From: a virus
Taxonomy: Duplodnaviria; Caudoviricetes
DNA: 24,688 nucleotides
IMG/VR virus record: IMGVR_UViG_3300011334_000014
Span: 1 to 24,688 of that record
Strand: one strand, 5' to 3'
Shown: positions 1 through 8,818 of the stretch, piece after piece
How positions within the stretch are numbered: the first letter of the stretch is position 1
Layout: each line of letters starts with the position of its first letter
The notes under the pieces: generated by a model
Databases searched by the model: none
Told to the model about the DNA's origin: nothing
Seen by the model: only the letters and a program-made list of their open reading frames with translations
Position numbers and translations under genes: made by a program

Positions 1-579
1 CCACTGGCTGCAAGCCTGCCCGAAGTTTATGCAGCCATTGACACGCTGATTAACCAAGACCATGACTTCCAGACCCTGTTCATTGACTCGCTTGATTGGC
101 TTGAACCAATGATCCAAGAGTATGTGTGTAAGCAGAACAATTGGAAGAACATAGAAGCGCCAGGCTTCGGTAAGGGCTACGTTGCCGCCGCTGAAGAATG
201 GCGCAACCTTCTGTCTGGCTTGGAAGTTCTGCGATCTGCCAAGGGCATGGGTATCATTTTGATAGCCCACGACAAGATCAAACGCATTGAAGACCCGTTA
301 ACCGAAGGCTATGACAGCCATGTGCTGAAACTGCACGACAAGGCCGCTGGTCTTGTACAAGAGTGGGCTGATGTCATTGGCTATGCAGGCTACCGCATCT
401 TCACCAGCAAGACCGATGCAGGGTTTTCTAAGAAAGAAACCAAAGCCACTACTACTGGTGAGCGCATCTTGCACGTTGAACCCCATCCGGCTCATTGCGG
501 TGGTAACCGCTTTGGCCTTCAGAATATGCCGCTTGACTGGACGGCATTCCAAGCAGCGCTCACCGTAGCGCAGTCTTGA
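1..579 (+). CDS. AAA/Sak4-like P-loop ATPase (recombination), 5'-truncated
   Basis: Frame is open from base 1 (PLAASLPEVY...TLFIDSLDWLE, Walker B-like); GFGKGY, IILIAH and EWADVIGY motifs typical of phage AAA_24 proteins; followed by SSB and exonuclease. Confidence 0.85.
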   Translation, partial: PLAASLPEVYAAIDTLINQDHDFQTLFIDSLDWLEPMIQEYVCKQNNWKNIEAPGFGKGYVAAAEEWRNLLSGLEVLRSAKGMGIILIAHDKIKRIEDPLTEGYDSHVLKLHDKAAGLVQEWADVIGYAGYRIFTSKTDAGFSKKETKATTTGERILHVEPHPAHCGGNRFGLQNMPLDWTAFQAALTVAQS

Positions 580-618
580 TCACACCAGTTCGTAACTTAA
601 CTTTTTAGGAAATTTATC

Positions 619-1125
619 ATGGCTCAGTTTAATTTTGACGCATCTACCGTCGCCCCTCAACAGTCCACAGGCCCGTTGCCCGCCGGAACTTATTTGGCAC
701 ACATCACCGAATCTGATGTGCAGCCCTTGAAGTCTGGCAATGGCGAAGGCTTGAAGCTGACCTTTGAAATCATTGATGGCCAGTTCAAAGGCCGCCGTGT
801 GTGGGAGAACTTGAACATTCGCCACAGCAGCGAAGACACACAACGCATTGCACAAAGCCAGTTGTCTGCGCTTTGCCATGCGGTGAACGTGATCAAGTTG
901 ATGGACACTGCCGCCCTGCACTTCAAGCCAGTTCGCATCAATGTGACCGTGCGTGAAGCCCAAGGCATCTACAAGGCTAGTAACAACATCAAGGGCTATG
1001 AGTCTGCCGGTGGTGGTGTTAGCGCACCAGCTGCTGCACCCGCACCCGTTGCTGAAACCCCTGCATGGCCAACAGCCGAGCAAGAAGCTGCCAAATCTAA
1101 AGCACCAGCTTGGGCCAGAAAATAA
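619..1125 (+). CDS. DUF669-type phage single-stranded DNA-binding protein
   Basis: PLPAGTYLAHIT...LKLTFEIIDGQFKGRRVWENL pattern, Ala/Pro-rich tail ending PAWARK; AGGA RBS upstream. Confidence 0.8.
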   Translation: MAQFNFDASTVAPQQSTGPLPAGTYLAHITESDVQPLKSGNGEGLKLTFEIIDGQFKGRRVWENLNIRHSSEDTQRIAQSQLSALCHAVNVIKLMDTAALHFKPVRINVTVREAQGIYKASNNIKGYESAGGGVSAPAAAPAPVAETPAWPTAEQEAAKSKAPAWARK

Positions 1126-2213
1126 TGGCTTTACTTCCACAATCAGTTACTGATCCTGTGGCCGATGCCATCTTTGCCTATTACAAGGCAAAGTATGGCG
1201 TGGAAGCACAACGCCCTTACCTTGGCGCTTCTGCCATTGGTAAGCCCTGCCTGCGCCAGCACTGGTACTCATTTCGATGGTCTAAGCCTGCGCAGTTCTC
1301 TGGCCGCCTGTACCGAGTCTTTCAGTCTGGCCATTTACAAGAGCCAAGGGTTTATGCTGACTTGTCAAGCATTGGCTGCACGGTTTACCAGATCAACCCT
1401 GCCACTGGCAAGCAATGGTCATTTACCGAACCATCTACTGGCCACCACTTTCAAGGCAACGCTGACGGCATCATTACGGGTTTGCCGCAGGCTCCAAAGT
1501 CCCCGCATTTACTGGAAATAAAAACAGCATCTGACAAGATGTTTAAGGAAATGCAGAAATCTGGCGTAAAGAAAGCCAAGCCCGAACACTACGCGCAGAT
1601 GCAAATATACATGAAGTGGTCAATTGACCAGTTTGGGGACGATGGCTGCCGACGGGCACTGTACTTTGTTGTGAACAAAGACAACGATGACATTTATACC
1701 GAACGCTTGGAGTTTGATGCCAAAGAAGCGCAAGCACTGATTGACAAGGCCATGGCGGTGATTACCAATATTGAGCCGCCCGTTGGCGTGTCTACTGACC
1801 CAACATGGTTTGAGTGCAAGTTTTGTGATTACCAGGCGATCTGCCACGGCACAGACGTACCGGCAACAACTTGCCGGTCATGCGTCCATGCCACACCAGA
1901 ACTGGATGGCCAAGGCCGGTGGTCATGCGCGTCACTTGGCACTGACTTGACCACAGACCAACAACGTAAGGGTTGCAGCAAACACCAGTACATCCCCATA
2001 CTTTTGGCCAAGACTGCTAGTCCTGTTGACTTGACCAAAGACAATGGATTGATTTACAAAACGCCAGATGGCAAAGAGTTTGTCAATGGTGACCCAGAGG
2101 TTAACCCTAACTACATCAGCAGCGCTGAAATCCATGCTTGCGCAGACAAAACCGCTTTGGTGGACGAATTTGCTTTGGATCTACGCAAACAACATAATGG
2201 ACGATTTGTATGA
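1125..2213 (+). CDS. Cas4-like PD-(D/E)XK exonuclease
   Basis: ASAIGKPC, GHLQE, GNADG, LLEIKT, HYAQMQIYM and CKFCDYQAIC motifs; likely start is the ATG at 1125 (TAATG overlap with the SSB stop). Confidence 0.85.
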   Translation: MALLPQSVTDPVADAIFAYYKAKYGVEAQRPYLGASAIGKPCLRQHWYSFRWSKPAQFSGRLYRVFQSGHLQEPRVYADLSSIGCTVYQINPATGKQWSFTEPSTGHHFQGNADGIITGLPQAPKSPHLLEIKTASDKMFKEMQKSGVKKAKPEHYAQMQIYMKWSIDQFGDDGCRRALYFVVNKDNDDIYTERLEFDAKEAQALIDKAMAVITNIEPPVGVSTDPTWFECKFCDYQAICHGTDVPATTCRSCVHATPELDGQGRWSCASLGTDLTTDQQRKGCSKHQYIPILLAKTASPVDLTKDNGLIYKTPDGKEFVNGDPEVNPNYISSAEIHACADKTALVDEFALDLRKQHNGRFV

Positions 2214-2374
2214 ACACCCCACCAATTGACAACATTACATTGAGAGACTATTTTGCCGCCCAAGCGGTCATTGGCTTACTTACTGAGAGCCATCCCAATG
2301 TCTACCAGTTGGCACGGGATGCCTACAAAATAGCCGATGCCATGCTTGAGGAGCGCGAACGTGATCTTGCGTGA
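2210..2374 (+). CDS. Small phage protein, 54 aa (LRDYFAA...AYKIADAML type); not in ORF track
   Basis: Translates to MNTPPIDNITLRDYFAAQAVIGLLTESHPNVYQLARDAYKIADAMLEERERDLA; ATGA overlap with the exonuclease stop. Confidence 0.85.
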   Translation: MNTPPIDNITLRDYFAAQAVIGLLTESHPNVYQLARDAYKIADAMLEERERDLA

Positions 2375-4076
2375 GTATCAATCCCGAGCAGTTACCGAAC
2401 TGTTTGGCTGGTGGACAAAACACCAAGGGGATGCCGACATTCCCCTTTTGGTGTTGCCTACCGCCGCAGGCAAGTCGGTGATCTGCGCTGAGATTGTGCG
2501 CCAGATGTGGGATCAGTGGCCAGACTACCACCCCCGCACTGTGGTGCTAGTTCCATCCAAAGAACTGGCCGAGCAGAATGCGGCCAAACTTAGAGCCTTA
2601 CTGCCCCACACGATCAGCGTGGGCTATGTGAGTGCAAGCCTGGGCACAAAGAAGTACAACGCTGATGTGATTGTGGCCACCATTGGCAGCATCCACAAGG
2701 CTGCGCACTTGCTTGGCAACATCAAAGCCGTGGTGATTGATGAGGCTCACCTAGTGAGCCAGAGGGCAAACGATGCAGGCATGTACCGCACCTTTTTGTC
2801 CAAGCTGGGTGAATTGTGCGAATTTAGAACCGTTGGCATGACCGCCACGCCTTTTAGGGGTAACCAAGTTTGGCTGACCGATGGCGACGATCCATTGTTC
2901 ACCGGCATTGCAAGCCGTGTGTCCATGCGTGAATTGCTTGATGCCAAATTTATTGCCCCACTGGTTCCACCTACCGAGCGCATTGAGACTCGCATTGATG
3001 CTAGTCATGTTGGCATTTCCAATGGTGACTACAAAGTTGGCGAATTATCCCGTGAAGTTGAGAAATACCTTGCCAAAGTAGCCGTAGAAGCCACTAGAAT
3101 CGCCTCAGAGCGCAAGAAATGGATCGCCTTTACACCAAGTGTCGCCAACGCTGAAAGCCTGTCTGACAAGCTGAATGCGCTTGGCATTGTCAGCGCTGTT
3201 GTGTGCGGTGAAACACCCAAACAAGAGCGCGAAGACTTGATTCGTCAGTTTAAGAATCACCAGATTCATTGCCTAGTCACCGTGTTGGCGCTCTCGGTTG
3301 GCTTTGATGTGCCAGACGTGGATTGCATTGTTTGGTGTAGGCCCACCAAGTCGCCAGTGCTTTATGTGCAGGGCATGGGCCGAGGCACTCGCATTGCAGA
3401 CGGCAAAGATGACTGCTTGGTGCTTGACTTTACCGACACCGTGGAACGCTTGGGGCCGGTGGACACGATCCAAGGCAGGGCTAAGAAAAGGTCAGGCCCA
3501 CAAGAAGCGCCTTATAGCATCTGCCCAGACTGCGGTGAACGCAACGCACCAGCTGCGCTTGTGTGTGTCCATTGTGGTGGCACGATCAGGGAAGAAGAAG
3601 CCAAGCCAATGGATGCCAAGGTTTCTTATGCTGCGCTTTTGTCAAGCCAAGCAGCCATGGCCGAACTGGTTTGGCATGACGTGTCACGGGTTGACTACAA
3701 ATTGCACCAAAAAGAAGGCAAACCAGACTCTATGCGGGTTGACTACTACGGCGGCCTGCTTCGGGTGGCCAGCGAATGGGTTTGTTTTAACCATGTGGGC
3801 TATGCCAGGCAAAAAGCCGAGAACTGGTGGATGCGCAGGGAACAGAAATCTATGCCATCAGGTACGCAAGACGCGCTTGAGTGGCTTGAATTTCACGACA
3901 TTGAAGAACCAGCCAGAATTGCAACCCGTAAAAATGGAAAATACACAGAGGTAAAAGATTATGAATTTAATAGAACTAAACGCAATCAAGAGACATTTGG
4001 ACAGCCAAGTCAAACAAGTAAATTTGATACAAGTAAATTGCCGACAGTGCAACAACTTCGAGACAGGCATTTGTAA
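2361..4076 (+). CDS. Superfamily 2 DEAH helicase with C-terminal Zn ribbon (RadD/YejH-like)
   Basis: LREYQ Q-motif, PTAAGKS Walker A, IDEAH, TATP, GFDVPDVD, QGMGRGTR, CPDC..CVHC; GTG start at 2361 after GAGGAG RBS. Confidence 0.93.
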   Translation: MILREYQSRAVTELFGWWTKHQGDADIPLLVLPTAAGKSVICAEIVRQMWDQWPDYHPRTVVLVPSKELAEQNAAKLRALLPHTISVGYVSASLGTKKYNADVIVATIGSIHKAAHLLGNIKAVVIDEAHLVSQRANDAGMYRTFLSKLGELCEFRTVGMTATPFRGNQVWLTDGDDPLFTGIASRVSMRELLDAKFIAPLVPPTERIETRIDASHVGISNGDYKVGELSREVEKYLAKVAVEATRIASERKKWIAFTPSVANAESLSDKLNALGIVSAVVCGETPKQEREDLIRQFKNHQIHCLVTVLALSVGFDVPDVDCIVWCRPTKSPVLYVQGMGRGTRIADGKDDCLVLDFTDTVERLGPVDTIQGRAKKRSGPQEAPYSICPDCGERNAPAALVCVHCGGTIREEEAKPMDAKVSYAALLSSQAAMAELVWHDVSRVDYKLHQKEGKPDSMRVDYYGGLLRVASEWVCFNHVGYARQKAENWWMRREQKSMPSGTQDALEWLEFHDIEEPARIATRKNGKYTEVKDYEFNRTKRNQETFGQPSQTSKFDTSKLPTVQQLRDRHL

Positions 4077-4161
4077 GCAGTTTGGAGCAAAACCACCGTT
4101 AGAGTGGATCACCGGCACGGTTGAGTGCGAACATTGGGAATGGGATCAAATCCCCTTTTAA
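3961..4161 (+). CDS. Small Cys-rich protein, putative Zn-binding
   Basis: CRQC...C...C pattern, ends DQIPF; GAGG RBS upstream; overlaps helicase 3' end. Confidence 0.75.
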   Translation: MNLIELNAIKRHLDSQVKQVNLIQVNCRQCNNFETGICKQFGAKPPLEWITGTVECEHWEWDQIPF

Positions 4162-4170
4162 GGAGACAAT

Positions 4171-4359
4171 ATGTTAGAAAAACCACCATATTCAAAAATT
4201 AGTTACCCGTTAACGCCTTTGAAAGACTTTAAATGGGAGTCTGGCTCAGATGTGCAAGCCCTTTGGCGTAAGCACGGTTGGACACCGCCTTCTGAAACTA
4301 TGACTCCACCTCCACCACCCGCAGAAAAGTACATTGAGCCTTTAAGGAGAGTGCGCTGA
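4171..4359 (+). CDS. Hypothetical protein
   Basis: Strong AAGGAG RBS; abuts the next gene. Confidence 0.75.
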   Translation: MLEKPPYSKISYPLTPLKDFKWESGSDVQALWRKHGWTPPSETMTPPPPPAEKYIEPLRRVR

Positions 4360-4547
4360 TGATGCCTGCAATTCAAATGGGCCGAATTGCACCCGTGCAT
4401 CAGCTAAAGTTTTGCACCAAATGTCAAGAAAGCAGGCCGCCAGAGGGCGGCATTGACATGGGCAAAAAATGGAACTGCCAGCTTTGCTGGGTCAGACGAA
4501 CAACTGGTAAACACTTGAGACAAAATGCCAAGACCAAAACCACCTGA
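4359..4547 (+). CDS. Small Zn-ribbon protein
   Basis: CTKC...CQLC; AAGGAG RBS upstream. Confidence 0.75.
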   Translation: MMPAIQMGRIAPVHQLKFCTKCQESRPPEGGIDMGKKWNCQLCWVRRTTGKHLRQNAKTKTT

Positions 4548-4716
4548 ACCCATTATAGGAAGACAAATCCGAATGTCTGACAGGCATTGGATGATCTTGC
4601 AAGAACTTGGCGGCGCTGAATGGCTGCGCAAAGAATTGGATAAAAAAGCCAAGATGCCAATGAAGTATTACCGCCGTGAACTAGACGCGCCGTCAAAGAA
4701 AGAAGTCAATGATTAA
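4525..4716 (+). CDS. Putative ribbon-helix-helix-like DNA-binding protein
   Basis: MPRPK...RQIRMSDRHWMILQELGGAEWLRKELD strand-helix-helix pattern. Confidence 0.6.
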   Translation: MPRPKPPEPIIGRQIRMSDRHWMILQELGGAEWLRKELDKKAKMPMKYYRRELDAPSKKEVND

Positions 4717-4870
4717 CAGACCAGACTTTCAGACATGGAGCCAAGCTAACTTGGCCAAGTTTGCCGACGAAGCCTATGCCAAGTTGTGTGAGCAAGATGA
4801 CCGCATTCAGCAGCTGCAATGCGATCTGAAGACGGCCATTGAAGCCTATCGAGCCTTAACTAAGGAATAA
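4709..4870 (+). CDS. Small coiled-coil protein, 53 aa; not in ORF track
   Basis: Translates to MINRPDFQTWSQANLAKFADEAYAKLCEQDDRIQQLQCDLKTAIEAYRALTKE; fills the gap and overlaps the preceding gene by 8 nt. Confidence 0.75.
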   Translation: MINRPDFQTWSQANLAKFADEAYAKLCEQDDRIQQLQCDLKTAIEAYRALTKE

Positions 4871-5332
4871 GGCGCGTTCATCAATGCGCCGGTTCTGAAG
4901 GCCCCGCAAGACTTTGCCACCGGCCATGCAGTATTTCAGAAGTTCTTCGGCAGCGCCAGCCATGTCGCCACGAAGAACTTTTTGGCGCATGGTTGAGCGT
5001 TGCAGTGTGCCTAGCCCAACATTGAATGAAAACGATACAAGTGCGTCAAACTGTCCTTGAGTAAGAGGCACAGGGCAATAAGTAGCCACGCCTTTCTCAA
5101 ACCGAGCAAGGTCTGCCCTAAGAATTGCATTTACTTCGTCTTTTGAAAACGGGCGGTTATCTTCTGGATGAAGCGCGTAACTGCCTCTTTGATCAATTGG
5201 CATCTTGCCTTGATTTGGGTAAAGAACATGGCCTACTCCTATTGTCCACAGCTTGGCTGGGCACTGGTATGGTTTAAATCGAACACCTTCATGGTGTTTG
5301 ATCATTTCAATTGTCTTGGCGCTGACGTTCAT
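4856..5332 (-). CDS. Endolysin, GH24 phage lysozyme
   Basis: HEG.R.KPY.C....WTIGVGH, QGQFDALVSFSFNVG, GLQNRR..ERALF. Confidence 0.96.
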   Translation of the reverse strand: MNVSAKTIEMIKHHEGVRFKPYQCPAKLWTIGVGHVLYPNQGKMPIDQRGSYALHPEDNRPFSKDEVNAILRADLARFEKGVATYCPVPLTQGQFDALVSFSFNVGLGTLQRSTMRQKVLRGDMAGAAEELLKYCMAGGKVLRGLQNRRIDERALFLS

Positions 5333-5844
5333 TTGCCAAAGGCTCTGCCGCCAAAGTGAAACGCAATGATGCTGGCAAACAGCGCTTGGGTGTCAGAGTC
5401 CCAAAGCATTTCGGCCAACTCCACAAATGTAGCACCGCTATGCCAGCCGTAGGCAAACAGGCCAACATCCACAAACAATAGCAAAAAGAAGAAACCGTAA
5501 GTAATGACAGGACGAACGCTGGCGCGTAGGTTTTTCATCCATTGGCTTGTGCCTTCGTTCAGACTTGTGTCGTGTGCATAGATAGCCTGCATTTCAGCCT
5601 GTTGCGCCCCAATTAAAACTTGCTGGGTGTTGGCTGCGCTTTCGGTTGCCAACTGGTCTGACCGAATATTTTCAATGCGCTCTTGCGCCTCAAAGCCTGC
5701 TTTGCGCAGTTCCAACTCGCGCTGGATTTGCATCTGGGCTAGTGCCAACTCATGGATTTTGTCAGCGCGGTCTTGGAAAAAGTCCAGCAGTTTGGGCAGG
5801 CCGCCCATTAGAAACGAAATTAGAGTTGAGAGTAAAGTCAGCAT
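5329..5844 (-). CDS. Putative holin (GTA 3TM-holin-like)
   Basis: Hydrophobic N-terminus, coiled coil, WMKNLRASVRPVITY plus TM, C-terminal FHFGGR; directly upstream of lysozyme. Confidence 0.7.
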   Translation of the reverse strand: MLTLLSTLISFLMGGLPKLLDFFQDRADKIHELALAQMQIQRELELRKAGFEAQERIENIRSDQLATESAANTQQVLIGAQQAEMQAIYAHDTSLNEGTSQWMKNLRASVRPVITYGFFFLLLFVDVGLFAYGWHSGATFVELAEMLWDSDTQALFASIIAFHFGGRAFGK

Positions 5845-6119
5845 TTAGAGTCCTTTTTGTCATCATTTTGCATAAGTTTGATACCAGACAGGAACCCAAT
5901 CATGCCGCCGATAAGAGTAGAAAAAGCGGGTGAAATCATTTTGAAAATCTCGGCGTTGTCCACTTCCTTGGCCCACAAGCCCAACATAAAGCTGACCACC
6001 ATGGCCAACACGGAGATACATAGGGTTGTGCTTACCATGAGTGTGACCCACAGCGTCAACTTTTCTTTTGTTTCCATCTGGGGTTTCCTGATTGGTCTGG
6101 GTGCTGGTTTCTTGGTCAT
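5838..6119 (-). CDS. Two-TM membrane protein in lysis cassette
   Basis: Basic N-terminus, two hydrophobic segments. Confidence 0.7.
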   Translation of the reverse strand: MTKKPAPRPIRKPQMETKEKLTLWVTLMVSTTLCISVLAMVVSFMLGLWAKEVDNAEIFKMISPAFSTLIGGMIGFLSGIKLMQNDDKKDSKC

Positions 6120-6355
6120 ACAAGGGCATCAATTTTTCGTTTCAGATTGGTAATGTCAATGTTTATCGTGATCTGACGCATTCTGTATTCGTAAATTTCA
6201 TACTCATACTGATGGAACTTCTTGACTTGGCTGTCCACTTGCACTTGAACCGCACGTTCAGCGTTTAACTTTTCTACCCGCTTGGCAAAAACTTCTGCCT
6301 GCAAATTTACTTGCGGCAGCACCACTGGATACCATTTGTCGAAACTGATCTTCAC
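6116..6355 (-). CDS. Hypothetical protein
   Basis: 4-nt overlaps with both neighbours. Confidence 0.65.
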   Translation of the reverse strand: MKISFDKWYPVVLPQVNLQAEVFAKRVEKLNAERAVQVQVDSQVKKFHQYEYEIYEYRMRQITINIDITNLKRKIDALV

Positions 6356-6639
6356 TTCTTTTCCCGATCAAGCGCATCTTTGTATCCATGAATGACTTTA
6401 GTTCTGAGTTCTGCCGAGTCTGCCGCGCCAGCCCATTCTGACAAATTGTTCCACATCATCACATAATCTTGAGATCGACAATGCTGTGCATTGTTTGTCA
6501 GCCACATAGACATCTGTTGATGGCGCTCGGACGGGTTGTGGATTGACCAAGCAATTGACCAAAACTCGCGCACATGACAGCCATTCTTGGCTACGGCTCC
6601 AACTAGCCCCAACAGCAGTAACAGAATGAGCCAACGCAT
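6352..6639 (-). CDS. Secreted/periplasmic small protein with signal peptide
   Basis: MRWLILLLLLGLVGAVA-K signal-like N-terminus, two Cys in the mature part. Confidence 0.7.
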   Translation of the reverse strand: MRWLILLLLLGLVGAVAKNGCHVREFWSIAWSIHNPSERHQQMSMWLTNNAQHCRSQDYVMMWNNLSEWAGAADSAELRTKVIHGYKDALDREKK

Positions 6640-6735
6640 TTACCACGCCCAACTCCATGCAATTACATAAAGGCTAAAAATGACAAAGGCCGCTACAAAG
6701 ACCGCCGCAATAATTGCTTCGGCCCAATCTTTCAT
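6640..6735 (-). CDS. 31-aa single-TM peptide; not in ORF track
   Basis: MKDWAEAIIAAVFVAAFVIFSLYVIAWSWAW; ATGA overlap upstream and stop directly abutting the next ATG. Confidence 0.7.
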   Translation of the reverse strand: MKDWAEAIIAAVFVAAFVIFSLYVIAWSWAW

Positions 6736-6953
6736 TTGTCCACTTTTCCATCTAACTTGTCAAAAATCTTGCCAAGCATGTCTTTGACATCCCGCATGTC
6801 GGCTCGGTAATCATCGCGGGCAACGTAGTTCAACGGCATGTTGCGCACGTCGCCGTCAAGCCGGTCAATGGCTTGATAAATTCTGTTAAGCGTCCAACCA
6901 CCAAAAAAGCCTGCCACGGCCACAGAAATGTTAAAAAGCACTTGGTATTCCAT
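6732..6953 (-). CDS. Small membrane-anchored coiled-coil protein (lysis-cassette associated)
   Basis: N-terminal TM followed by ..YVARDDY...IFDKLDGKVDK. Confidence 0.75.
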   Translation of the reverse strand: MEYQVLFNISVAVAGFFGGWTLNRIYQAIDRLDGDVRNMPLNYVARDDYRADMRDVKDMLGKIFDKLDGKVDK

Positions 6954-8818
6954 TATTTGACCAATGCGTTTTGGTTAGTTTGTTTTGGAGCCAACTGATT
7001 AGGTTGCTCCAACGCTTTTCCAACTTGTTTGGTAATTTGGCGTGTCCGAGCAAATTCCGCAGCCGTCTGAGCGCCTGGGATCTTAACTGGCAATTGTTGT
7101 AAAGCCTCAAGGCCACGCAAGACAGCGCCAGAAGTATTGCTGTAATTTACAGCACCAGGCTCTTTGACCAATACATCTTTAATGGCATCGCGCAAGTCCA
7201 TAATTTCATTACGGCCTTTTTTGCCAAACATGTAGACCAGTTTGTCTTCAGTATCAAGTTGATTGATAAGAGTGTTAAGGTTTCTAAAAGACGGCTGATC
7301 GCTTTTAGTCAGCATGTCTTTCATGTGCTGAATGGTTTGGCCTTGCAATTCTGCATACGCCTTTTCACCTTCTTTGCCGCCTTTTTTAAGCAATTTGGTG
7401 ACCGTACGCATTTCTTCCAATGAGCCGTCAAGCACCACATACTTAAACACATCATCAAGCGCCACTTGGCGGTCAGCGTAACCAGCCTTTGTGCCAAGCA
7501 ATTTGTCAACGCGATAAACATCTTCAAACTCTTTGGCCAACTGCGCTCTAGACTGACGCGCTTTTTGATATAACTCACCGCCAGCACCTTCACCCATTTG
7601 GGTAATGATGTTTTTCATAGGCTTGGCATTTGCCGAGTCTTTGACCGTGCCGATCTGTTGGTAAATGTCTTCAAGCGCTCGAACTGAAATTGCTCCAGTG
7701 CCCTGCGGGTCATTCATTCTTAATGACTCAGCCACAGAATCCAAAATTGGGTCTAATTTTTGACGTTGTGTTGGCGTTTTGGTTTCAATAAAGTCAAGCA
7801 AACTCTGATAAGGCACTTGTTGTAATGTTTCGCCAGCCTCATCTGCTTTTTTGTACAACGCCTTGTATTGGTCATACTTTTTGGTGTACTCATCATTAAG
7901 CGTTTTGTCAACAATCTTGCCAACAGCCCGCATTTGAGTTGGATCAGCCACTTCAGCACCAATTTCATTGGTCATGCGCTCAAAGTTCTGAACAATGGCT
8001 TTTTGTTTATTGGTTTCAAAAGCGCGCATTTGTTCAGCTAATTTGATCTTGGCATCTTCTGAAATGCCAGTTACCACACCACGGCGAACATCTGCCTCAA
8101 ATTGCTGTTGGGGCAAGTTCTTAGTGCGCTCACCAAGTGTCGCAGGAATATTCAAGCGTTGCAGGCGCTCTTGGCGCATTAAGTCTTCAGAAGTAGATGC
8201 CGCGCCAACGCCTGGCATAACAGGCTGTTCGCGTGTCATTACTTTGGCCAAAGCATTTTGCACTGGCACTGTCGCCTGTCTCACAATAGGACGGGCAAGC
8301 ACATTAGCTTGTGTTGCAACGGCAGGAGCCAAAGCGTTAATAGTTGAGCCTGTTGCGCCAAGTGTTGGTGGCAAAGCGCCAGTAATTGGTTGTAAGAACT
8401 CACCAACAGCACCCAAAGCCTGTCTAGCCGTTTGTGTGCGAGGTTGATACATGACAGACTTGGCAGCTTCTTCGCCTGCGCGAATGCCTTCTTGAGTGCC
8501 GTATTTGCCACTAGTTAATGTACCAACAGCACCAACAATTGGTGCAATGGCTGCGCCGCCTAATGTAGCGCCAACCGCAAATGGAGTTTCAATTGCACCC
8601 ATGATGCGATCACGCATTGATACTTCTGGTTCTTTTTTATTAGTTACAACATTTTCAGCGCCCGGTATTGCCGCAGCAGGCCCCAACCCAATGGTCTTGT
8701 AAAATTCCATTTTTGGCATTTTTGCATAAAATTTTTCATGCAAAGAATCAGCCAGTTTTACGTCTGGCACATCATCATATTCAGGATATTGTGCGCGGAA
8801 TTCTGCAAGAGTAGCCAT
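6953..8818 (-). CDS. Internal virion/DNA ejection protein (third, P22 gp16 position)
   Basis: Large helical Ala/Gly-rich protein with hydrophobic Gly-rich segments; synteny. Confidence 0.7.
   Translation of the reverse strand: MATLAEFRAQYPEYDDVPDVKLADSLHEKFYAKMPKMEFYKTIGLGPAAAIPGAENVVTNKKEPEVSMRDRIMGAIETPFAVGATLGGAAIAPIVGAVGTLTSGKYGTQEGIRAGEEAAKSVMYQPRTQTARQALGAVGEFLQPITGALPPTLGATGSTINALAPAVATQANVLARPIVRQATVPVQNALAKVMTREQPVMPGVGAASTSEDLMRQERLQRLNIPATLGERTKNLPQQQFEADVRRGVVTGISEDAKIKLAEQMRAFETNKQKAIVQNFERMTNEIGAEVADPTQMRAVGKIVDKTLNDEYTKKYDQYKALYKKADEAGETLQQVPYQSLLDFIETKTPTQRQKLDPILDSVAESLRMNDPQGTGAISVRALEDIYQQIGTVKDSANAKPMKNIITQMGEGAGGELYQKARQSRAQLAKEFEDVYRVDKLLGTKAGYADRQVALDDVFKYVVLDGSLEEMRTVTKLLKKGGKEGEKAYAELQGQTIQHMKDMLTKSDQPSFRNLNTLINQLDTEDKLVYMFGKKGRNEIMDLRDAIKDVLVKEPGAVNYSNTSGAVLRGLEALQQLPVKIPGAQTAAEFARTRQITKQVGKALEQPNQLAPKQTNQNALVK

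Noticed and set aside
1125-2213. CRISPR-Cas system suggested by the Cas4-like gene
   Set aside because: No repeat-spacer array or other cas genes; the context is a standard phage recombination module
2276-2290. LLTES in the 54-aa early protein
   Set aside because: Lacks the following GxxLxxExG and lies in a non-structural gene; probably chance
3298-3954. 218-aa alternative-frame ORF inside the helicase
   Set aside because: No protein-like motifs; composition typical of an off-frame reading
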